A stretch of 32,000 bases of DNA from contig OZ218778.1 in NCBI GenBank assembly GCA_965112635.1, forward strand, positions 1,796,404 through 1,828,403, in the 5' to 3' direction. This stretch comes from an uncultured bacterium. Lineage in GTDB: Bacteria; Oederibacteriota; Oederibacteriia; Oederibacteriales; Oederibacteriaceae. Below, one piece after another: positions 16,368-24,300 of the stretch. The first letter of the stretch is position 1. The number at the start of each line of letters is the position of its first letter. The notes beneath the pieces were generated by a model. That model was not told the DNA's origin. It saw only the letters and a program-made list of their open reading frames with translations, and made no database searches. A program made the translations under genes and the position numbers.

Positions 16368-16421
16368 GAAGCCGCTGCGGCGTCAGATTGACACTAAAAC
16401 CAAGTTTGGAGCATATCAATA

Positions 16422-17186
16422 ATGGATAAGATGTCATTGTTTGGCTATGTCTTTGGTGTCGGTATATTCCTGCTGGGTATGCACCAGGGCGGGACGACCA
16501 GCCTTTTCTTGAATGAGCACGCGGTGGTCCTCGTGCTGGGGGGTACCTTTGCCGCTGTCATGATCAGTTCCAGTTTTGAACAGACGGTCGTCGCGTTTAA
16601 ATCCCTCAAAATATTGTTTTACCCCAAGAAGTATATGCCTGCTCAAGAAATCATCGATGTGATGGTAGGCTTGGCTGAGAAGGCCAGAAGGGATGGAGTG
16701 GGTTCTCTGCCCGAGGAGGCAAAAAAATATAATGAGCCCTTTCTTTCCAACTCGGTTCAGCTAGTGGCGGACGGTTTGCCTTCTGCAACGGTCCAGGAGA
16801 TCATTGAAATGGAGATCAATAATACCCGGGACCGCCATAAGGAGAACAGCAATTTCTACCGTGTGGCCGGTATCTACGGCCCCATGTTCGGTCTATTAGG
16901 AACTTTGATCGGCATCGTCCAGGTGCTGAGGAATATTGGGGGGGACCCGACCACAGTGGGTCCGGCCATGGCTGTTGCCATTACGACGGCTTTTTACGGG
17001 ATATTTCTGGCGAACTTTGTGTGTATGCCCATCGCCAATAAACTGAAATTAAGATCAGATGAAGAACTCGCTTTAAAAGAACTTACCATCGTTGGTCTTA
17101 TTGCCATCGAATCCGGAGACCTACCCTTGGTTGTGCGGAGAAAGATGGAGACTTTTCTGTCCTATTCCCAGAAAAAAAAGAAATAA
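16422..17186 (+). CDS. motA: MotA/PomA-family stator protein (4 TM)
   Basis: Two N-terminal TMs are followed by a ~95-aa cytoplasmic loop (AEKARRDGVGSLPEE). TM3 is YGPMFGLLGTLIGIVQVL and TM4 is AMAVAITTAFYGIFLANFVCMPIANKL, with the conserved prolines. Confidence 0.85.
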   Translation: MDKMSLFGYVFGVGIFLLGMHQGGTTSLFLNEHAVVLVLGGTFAAVMISSSFEQTVVAFKSLKILFYPKKYMPAQEIIDVMVGLAEKARRDGVGSLPEEAKKYNEPFLSNSVQLVADGLPSATVQEIIEMEINNTRDRHKENSNFYRVAGIYGPMFGLLGTLIGIVQVLRNIGGDPTTVGPAMAVAITTAFYGIFLANFVCMPIANKLKLRSDEELALKELTIVGLIAIESGDLPLVVRRKMETFLSYSQKKKK

Positions 17187-17256
17187 AAAGCCGTTCATTT
17201 GTTGACCGGGAAAGCGAAGCAATGCTTCATCCCTCGAAGGGATAAAGGAATCTGCC

Positions 17257-17952
17257 ATGGCCATCAGAAAAAGACCTCCTGAAGATATCGAATCCCTTAT
17301 GCATCGCGGGACGCAATGGATCATTGTTTATGGCGACCTGATGTCCTATTTGATGATATTTTTCCTTATCTTGTTCGCATTTGCCTCGGCCAAAAAAGGG
17401 AATTTCGTGGAATCCCTCAAGGGAATTGAAAAAACCTTCGGGCAAAAAGAGAAGAAGATGTCCCAGGAGGCGATGAAAGAGGTTCAGGTCCAATCCGAGA
17501 TACAAAGTTTTCTGGTCGCGCAAAACCTGACCCAAGTTGCCCGCGTGGTCATGACCGAACAAGATCTAAAAGTTATATTGACCAGCCCAGTGCTTTTTCC
17601 GTCCGGCTCGGCAGAGTTGCATCGCAAATCTTACGGTATTTTGCATACTATAGCCCAATCTATGAAAGATATGCCGAACTATGTCACGGTTGAGGGCTTC
17701 ACGGATAATGTCCCAATTCATTCAGCCAAATACAGTTCCAACTGGGAATTGTCCGCGGCGCGAGCCATGCAAGTTGTCAAATACTTTATTGAAGAGGAGA
17801 AAATCTCTCCCACTCAGATCTCCTTCACGGGGTATGGCGAGTACCAGCCGGAATATACCAATGACACCGAAGAACACCGGGGATTGAATAGAAGGATCGA
17901 GATTATCATCCACCGCATTTTGGTCCCCGTCACGGCAACAAAAAAATCGTGA
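17257..17952 (+). CDS. motB: MotB-family stator protein with an OmpA-like peptidoglycan-binding domain
   Basis: WIIVYGDLMSYLMIFFLILF carries the channel Asp (D27, codon 17335-17337). The C-terminus TVEGFTDNVPI....YSSNWELSAARA..V..Y........I.F.GYGEY.P......EEHRGLNRRIEIII is the OmpA/MotB motif. Confidence 0.85.
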   Translation: MAIRKRPPEDIESLMHRGTQWIIVYGDLMSYLMIFFLILFAFASAKKGNFVESLKGIEKTFGQKEKKMSQEAMKEVQVQSEIQSFLVAQNLTQVARVVMTEQDLKVILTSPVLFPSGSAELHRKSYGILHTIAQSMKDMPNYVTVEGFTDNVPIHSAKYSSNWELSAARAMQVVKYFIEEEKISPTQISFTGYGEYQPEYTNDTEEHRGLNRRIEIIIHRILVPVTATKKS

Positions 17953-17968
17953 GAATGAGGGCGGGATT

Positions 17969-19459
17969 TTGAGAATAATCATATGGGTCCTAGCCGCTTT
18001 GATCGTGGGGGGTGCCGGTCTTGCGGCGGCCCAGGAAGCCCAGATGCCCAGCGCCGACATCTTTGTCCACGGTAATCTGGGGCAGCAAAAGATCGGGAAT
18101 ACGATCGTCATCCAATGCGATGTCTTTAACACGGGGCCTGTGGCGCATTTTTTCCCGGTCTCCGTGAAATTAATGAACGCTGCCGATAACATCGTCCTGC
18201 CGTTCCAGTCCATTTATTTAAAACCCGGGCAGTTCGGCACCTTGACTTTCAATTATGCCTTAAAACCCGACAGCACGAGCCTCGGCCTTTATGCGGTGGA
18301 GGGCAGTGTTTGGCAGGTTCAGGGGCCTAAAAAACGCCTGTCCCTCAAAACCGATACCCAAATCTTTGAGGTGGTGTTGGGTGAAGTTATGAAAAGTGTC
18401 GTCCTGGAAAATTTAACGCTCAAGGGGAAGGTCGTGGGAGGCTCCACGGTGTCTTTGAAATGCCTGGTCCGCAACACCGGCAAGGTTTCCTATACCTTCC
18501 CCGTGAGCGTTAATTTGAGCGGGAGCGATGGGCCTTTTATCGCACCGGTCAAGACCGTGACCCTGGGGCCCAAAAAGAACCAGGGCCTTTCTTTTGATGT
18601 CAAAATACCCGCTGAAGGGATAGAGCCTAACGCGGTTTTGAGGGTCGTCGCCTGGGATAGGAAGGACGAGAAGGGAAAGTTGCTCATGCCTTACGCTGAC
18701 GCCGTCATATCCTTGGAGACAGCCAGCCAGACCTCGGTGGAGGCGTCTTTTGACGGCGAGATAGGGGACCAGCCCCGGGGCAAGACGTTTACTATTGCTT
18801 GCAAGATTAAAAATAACGGCGGCACCCGATTTGAGTTCCCCGTCAAGCTGGATATTTTAGATTCTTCTGATGAACTGGTCGCGACCCCTAAACCTAAAAA
18901 AGTCCTTTTAAAACCAGGGGAAACGAAAAGGATCGGCTTCAGCACCGCGATCAAAGAGGTGGGTGCTTACCAAGCTGTGGTGAGTGTTTGGAAAGAAAGA
19001 CGCGGACCCGACAGTTTTGTCGATAAGCTTACGGAGGAGGAACAGAATTTTTCGATTGCCAACGAAGCCACAGGAGGGGCTGAGCAGCAGGGGATGGACC
19101 TCGGAGTCGGCGAGACCCCTTCCGTGGCCCCGCCTGCGGTGAAATTGATGGACATCATGCTGGCAACATCCCAGGACCAAAAAACACCGGTCAAGGCCCA
19201 GGTGTCCGATAAATTGGGGGCGGTTTCCTGCCGCCTCTATTACCGCCTGAGCACCGAAACAAATCCTGATTTTGTGGAGATGAACCTTTTTTCTGGAGAT
19301 GCCAAGAGTGGAGTATGGGTGGGCGAGGTGGATCTCTCCAGACTTTCTGGAAAAATAATTTTTTACGCGGAAGCGGCCAATACAGAGTCCGTGCTAGGTC
19401 GATCCAAAGAATACAGTATTGCCAAGATGGCTACTCCGAAAAACAAACCCAATAAATGA
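17969..19459 (+). CDS. Exported protein with three CARDB-like Ig-fold repeats plus a distinct C-terminal domain (TTG start)
   Basis: Signal peptide is MRIIIWVLAALIVGGAGLAAAQEA. Three ~95-aa repeats (~18050-18330, ~18398-18670, ~18735-19010) share the pattern x-C-x-[VI]-x-N-x-G...F-x-F-P-V-x-[VL]...L-x-P-G/K....F. Confidence 0.6.
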   Translation: MRIIIWVLAALIVGGAGLAAAQEAQMPSADIFVHGNLGQQKIGNTIVIQCDVFNTGPVAHFFPVSVKLMNAADNIVLPFQSIYLKPGQFGTLTFNYALKPDSTSLGLYAVEGSVWQVQGPKKRLSLKTDTQIFEVVLGEVMKSVVLENLTLKGKVVGGSTVSLKCLVRNTGKVSYTFPVSVNLSGSDGPFIAPVKTVTLGPKKNQGLSFDVKIPAEGIEPNAVLRVVAWDRKDEKGKLLMPYADAVISLETASQTSVEASFDGEIGDQPRGKTFTIACKIKNNGGTRFEFPVKLDILDSSDELVATPKPKKVLLKPGETKRIGFSTAIKEVGAYQAVVSVWKERRGPDSFVDKLTEEEQNFSIANEATGGAEQQGMDLGVGETPSVAPPAVKLMDIMLATSQDQKTPVKAQVSDKLGAVSCRLYYRLSTETNPDFVEMNLFSGDAKSGVWVGEVDLSRLSGKIIFYAEAANTESVLGRSKEYSIAKMATPKNKPNK

Positions 19460-19499
19460 TCCGGAATCAGGATACAGGCATCGGCCTTAGGGGTGAATC

Positions 19500-20177
19500 A
19501 TGAAGACAAGGTCAAAAAATATTTCAATGGAATTATCAATCAGCCTTTGTTTTCTTGTTTTGTTCTGCTTGTCCGCAGAGCTATGGGGCGCCCAGCCCAG
19601 CGCGACACCATTTTCCCCGCAGTCGGATAATGACTACGAACAAAATTACAACGAAGCGATGTCCTTTTACAATGCGGGATTGTTGGATAAGGCCAAGGCC
19701 AGCTTTCAAAAGGTGATCAAGATAAGACCAACGGCCGGAGCCTATCATTATCTGGGCATGATCAGCCAAAAAAAGAACCAGGTCAAAGACGCCATCTGGC
19801 AATGGAAGCAGGCTTTAAACTTGGAGCCGCGACTGGCTGTGGTCTGTTTTAATATCGGGTTGGCTTATGGTTCGTTGAAGCAAGTGGACGAACAGATTAA
19901 ATGGTATAAAAAGGCAGTGGCTTTAAATCCGAAATATTCAAAAGCATGGAACAATCTCGGTTCAGTGTATCTTGAGAAGAAGAGGACCACCGATGCATTA
20001 AATGCCTTTAGGACCTCGTTGAAAACCAATCCCCATTATGCTGTGGCCGCGGAGAATCTGGCCCTGGTCTATGAAAAGATGGGTCGTCACATTGAAGCCA
20101 AGAAGGAATGGAAATACGCCGCTTCGATAGAGACGAGGCCTGAGTGGAAAAAGGTTTTGGCAGCCAGAGCCAAGTAA
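19500..20177 (+). CDS. Exported tetratricopeptide-repeat (TPR) protein
   Basis: An N-terminal hydrophobic signal (LSISLCFLVLFCLSAELWGA) is followed by 4-5 TPR units (e.g. AWNNLGSVYLEKKRTTDALNAFRTSLKTNPHYAVAAENLALVYEKMG). Confidence 0.8.
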   Translation: MKTRSKNISMELSISLCFLVLFCLSAELWGAQPSATPFSPQSDNDYEQNYNEAMSFYNAGLLDKAKASFQKVIKIRPTAGAYHYLGMISQKKNQVKDAIWQWKQALNLEPRLAVVCFNIGLAYGSLKQVDEQIKWYKKAVALNPKYSKAWNNLGSVYLEKKRTTDALNAFRTSLKTNPHYAVAAENLALVYEKMGRHIEAKKEWKYAASIETRPEWKKVLAARAK

Positions 20178-20264
20178 TGAGCTAGCTAGATTCCTTTGGT
20201 TTTATCCTTTCAATTTTGTTTTTCCTTTATTTACAACCCTTTTATTAAATCCTTTTCTTAAATT

Positions 20265-20280
20265 TGTGACCAAAATCACA
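20265..20280. promoter_or_regulatory. Perfect CRP-type palindrome TGTGA-N6-TCACA
   Basis: TGTGAccaaaaTCACA is read directly at 20265-20280. It lies in the 207-nt AT-rich spacer, ~150 nt upstream of the preferred start of the PorV-like gene. Candidate -10 hexamers are TAAAAT (20325-20330) and TATAAC (20335-20340), with no good -35. Confidence 0.4.
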
Positions 20281-20429
20281 CCAAAAAAGTGAAGAAATCA
20301 AGGGAATTATCCTGGTTTATCCGCTAAAATTTCCTATAACAATTTATAAAAAATCGAAAAAGCCGGCCCAATGCGCGAGCTTGGGTGGGAAAACTATCCT
20401 CCTATAATTTAGGAACAAGGGGTATACCG

Positions 20430-21365
20430 GTGGCTGATATACATAAAGAAAAAGATATTCTTCTTTTACCCCTTCTCATTACTTTTCTTGCCCTGACTTG
20501 CCTCATCTTCATCCCTGTCCTCGTGTCCGCTGAAGGAAATACTGCCGCTCAATTTTTAAAGATCCCTATCTCAGCCCGTCCAGCCGCCATGACTGCTTTT
20601 GGAGCCGTCTCTGACGACGTGAACGCCTTGCTTTATAACCCGGCCGGCTTATCCCAATTGTCCCAAAACGAGTTCTCCCTCTCCTATGTTAAATATTTCA
20701 CCGACACAAACATGGCATTTTTGGGACTGGCTGTCCCGCTCGCGCACATCGGCACTTTTGGTCTTGGCGTCACATACCTGAGCGTCCTGAATATTGACGC
20801 CAGGGACGCGCAGGAGAACCAGGCCGGAAGTTTTGGGAGCACGGATTGGGCCGTCACTTTGTCCTACGCCAAGGAAAACCTATGGGGCAACCTGAATGCA
20901 GGGGCAAGCCTTAAGGTGGTGGGGGAGACTATCGATGCCACAAGCGCAAACGGGCTGGCCGGCGATGTGGGGGTCCTTTGGATCGGTAAAGAGCCGAGGG
21001 CTTCGATAGGACTGGAAGTGGAAAATGTCGGGACCGGCCTGCAATTCATCAATGTCAGTGATCCCTTACCCTTGGGAGTTGTTCTATCAGGTGCTTACTG
21101 GCCAGTGGAACAGATAGTCGTCGGTACGGATGTGGACATGTATGTGCTGGAGAACAAGACCTATGTGTCCCTGGGCGGGGAAGACTGGCTGACCAAAGAG
21201 TTCGCTCTCAGGCTTGGTTACAAGTTCGGGACCGATCTGGGCCCGCTTTCCGGTTTGACCGGTGGGATAGGGCTGGCCATGGCGGGTTACAGCGTGGACT
21301 ATGCCGCTGGAGATGCCGGAGACCTGGGCACACTGCACCGGGTTTCTTTGGGAATAAAATTTTGA
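20430..21365 (+). CDS. PorV/PorQ-like (FadL-like) outer-membrane beta-barrel protein (the track start 20385 lacks an SD; GTG 20430 follows AAGGGG by 7 nt)
   Basis: Signal peptide is ...LLLPLLITFLALTCLIFIPVLVSA. The mature N-terminus AAQFLKIPISARPAAMTAFGAVSDDVNALLYNPAGLS matches the (P)FL-x-I-x-x-x-A-R-x-x-G/A-M-G...D...NPA motif I associate with the PorV/PorQ family. Alternating beta-strand segments continue to the C-terminal LHRVSLGIKF. Confidence 0.6.
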   Translation: MADIHKEKDILLLPLLITFLALTCLIFIPVLVSAEGNTAAQFLKIPISARPAAMTAFGAVSDDVNALLYNPAGLSQLSQNEFSLSYVKYFTDTNMAFLGLAVPLAHIGTFGLGVTYLSVLNIDARDAQENQAGSFGSTDWAVTLSYAKENLWGNLNAGASLKVVGETIDATSANGLAGDVGVLWIGKEPRASIGLEVENVGTGLQFINVSDPLPLGVVLSGAYWPVEQIVVGTDVDMYVLENKTYVSLGGEDWLTKEFALRLGYKFGTDLGPLSGLTGGIGLAMAGYSVDYAAGDAGDLGTLHRVSLGIKF

Positions 21366-21378
21366 AAGGGCAGGCTGA

Positions 21379-24300
21379 ATGAAGCTGGAAGGCATGTTAA
21401 AAAAAATAGGGAAGGCGGTCGTCCTGGCTCTGGTCCTGGGCCTGGGGATGATGCCTTTGGCCTATGCCGGCACCCGCATCAAAACCGTGGAATTTTTCCT
21501 GGGCCAGTATGAGATGGGGCAGGTCAATCTTATCCCTGCCCTTGAGTTTGACACCCCGTCCAAAACCATCGCCCTTCCAGAATCCTCTATTGTTGTCCGT
21601 TCAGCCTGGGTGGACATGCATTTTGTCAGCCAGGATCAAACCAATTTTGAAGCCAATTTTACCGCTGTCACCTTGACGGCAGGCTCTGCGATAGGTTTTG
21701 CCAGCACCAGCAAATTCGCCGCGGCGACAGACAGCCATGATAATGCTTATCATGTGAGATATGACTTTACTTCGGCCCTGCAAACTTTGACCACCGGCCA
21801 ATGGAATACTGGTCAAAGTGTTCAGGCCAAGATCAAATTTTTTGCCGCTACCAATTTCCATGCGGTCAAGCTGTATATCACCTATGAGTATGATGATACT
21901 TCCGCCACCCAGCTAAAAACCGTCAGATTCCCCCTGGATTCTATGGTGGGAGATTTGACCGTAGCTGACCTTCCTTGTACCGTGATGATCCCTCCAGCGG
22001 AAAGAAGTTCCCCGGGATACAGCTTGAAAGACGCCTGGTTCGAAGTGCACGGGCAGATGGATTATATCTCCGGTGCCATGACCGTAACCGCCCAGATCTA
22101 CCAGAGCGGCACTCCCCAGGGGTCTCCTTCCCAGGGAGGCTGTATCCCTTTGATCACCGGGAACGCTAATTTTGAGTGGACTTATTTTTACGATAATACA
22201 GCCAACCTGGCTCTGGATGGCACAACCCAAAGCCTGCGTTTAACGGCCAAGATGGGCAGTTTCCTGCATCCGGGCGGAGAACTGGTGGTCACTTACCAGG
22301 CCACCAATGATGTTATGGGCGCCTTAAAGACCGTGGAAATACCCCTGGCCCAGGGAGTTCTGGCCAATCAAGGTCCTGCCACTTTTACAATTCTGAATTA
22401 TCTCCAGGATAGCGGGGCCAACATACAAAAAATGTGGGCCAGGGTCAGAGGCGTCTGCAATGTGAACACTTATTCGGCCATTACTATTACCGGTGTGGCC
22501 AATGGCACACCAACGGGTCAGTTTGCTTATGAAATGTTTAGTTCCGGCGGCGGTTCAGATACCATGAATGAATACGAACTCATTTATGAAATGACCCAGC
22601 CCTATGCCAACCCCATGACCGTGACCCTGACCGCTACCGGCGGCTCCTCGCCCAGCGCTGTCCTGCTGATAACCTATGGTTGGAATAAGAACCAGAATGG
22701 ACATGAGTTCAAGACGCACCGGCAGCTGATAGGACAGGAAACCAGCCCTTTCCTGTCCGGGACAGTGGGAAATGTGACCGTTTATGCCCCTGAAACTAAT
22801 ACCAAAACCAAACAGGCTGCTTACGCGGATTGGACCTATTTTGCCGATGCCAATTCTACCAACTGGTGGGTCAGCACTACCATATCCGCGGGTTCGGGTA
22901 TGGCCCCAGCTTATGCCGCATTAGACAACAGCTATAAACAGACAGAAGGGATCAACCCAGACCTGAGTAGTGCTGTTTCTGTTTTGAATGCTTCCAATGG
23001 TCCTTATAGTTTTAATAGGAGCGGCTTTGTCATCGGTATGATGGGCGGGGATATGATCGTGACTTATGATGTAGCTTTCCCCACTTCCACCCCAACAAGT
23101 ACGCCCCCGCCGTCAACGTCAACTCCCACTACTTCTCCGACCCGGACGGCTACGGTTACGCCAACTGGAACGGCAACAACAACACCTACATCCACCTCTA
23201 CTAGAACTGCCACTAATACGGTTACTCCAACTTCCACATCGACAACCACCGTTACACTGAGTCAAACAGCTTCGGTCACTCCCAGCCTGACAATCACTCC
23301 CACTGGAACCCAGACACTCACGCAGACCTATACCGCCGGTCCCAGCCAGACGGCTACAATGACCCCTACGAGCACAACCACGATGACGGTAACAGCAACC
23401 CCTTCAGCAACGTTGACTATGACTACCACAGTCACGCAGACAGCCACACCGAATGGCGGCGGGACGACGATGCTGGATGCGATGACTGGGTTCAGCCTAG
23501 GTAGCGACCCGTGCGGCTACTTTCCTTTGCCAAGTGGTTCCATTACTCTTTCTAAAAATTCCAGTAACTATTACGATTGTTGCAATTCTTTACAAATATC
23601 CAACCTTACAAGCACTGGTACTATGGTGCAGATAAAAGTTGAAGATATCACAGGTTCTCCCCAGGATTGGTCCTGTTATTCATCCGTGTCTTTTTGGATA
23701 ATGGCAACTACTTCCGGGGTGCAATATCGGATTGGTTTAAGAGACAACTCCAGTAACTGGACTTGGTCAAGCACCAGTCCGCTTACTTGTCCAACCAGCT
23801 GGACGCAAGTAACCGTCCAGTTGCAAATGTTGGGAAATCCTACCGGATACGACGGATTTAAAAGCGGTTACCTAGGCCCTAATGACTTTAGCCAACTAAC
23901 TTGCGTGGAAATCGAATGTGATACGGCCAATGCGACCATACTAATGAATGACCTGGCGTTAGAAGGTAGTCCCTGCACACCTTCTCCCACGCCGTCTGGG
24001 TCGACCTATACTTATTCCTATACCTATACTTACACAACACCGCCGACCAACACCAATACCAATACTCCCACGCCTAGCAGCGCCACCTTGTACCTGTTGA
24101 ATACGACAACGGGTGATTCCAGTTTGTGGTATATGGACAAAACCAACCCGTCGCCCTCCACGGATACCACCACAATTCTTTCCACGGGGACCACGGCGGC
24201 TGGTAACTATTTCCTCGTTGAGCCTGGTGTGGCCAATTCCACCTCTTCAGGCACTGTTCTTCCCACTACTTTCAGCCAGATGGGCTGGAGAAGTCCAAAT

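Noticed and set aside
14703-17952. Interpreting the cluster as an ordinary flagellar operon fragment, a Zorya (ZorAB) defence system, or a Tol/Exb system.
   Set aside because: - Flagellar operon: no FliM/N, export apparatus, rod, hook or filament genes within 32 kb, and FliG is fused to a shortened FliF.
- Zorya: the MotA-like protein is 254 aa with no long C-terminal tail, and no ZorC/ZorD-like genes follow.
- Tol/Exb: the partner has a MotB-type OmpA domain and the MotA-like protein has 4 TMs.

A flagellum encoded elsewhere in the genome cannot be excluded from this window.
20178-20384. A possible tRNA or small RNA in the AT-rich gap before the PorV-like gene.
   Set aside because: No cloverleaf-compatible stems and no promoter-terminator pair were found. 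The region is better explained as a regulatory or promoter region containing the CRP-type palindrome.
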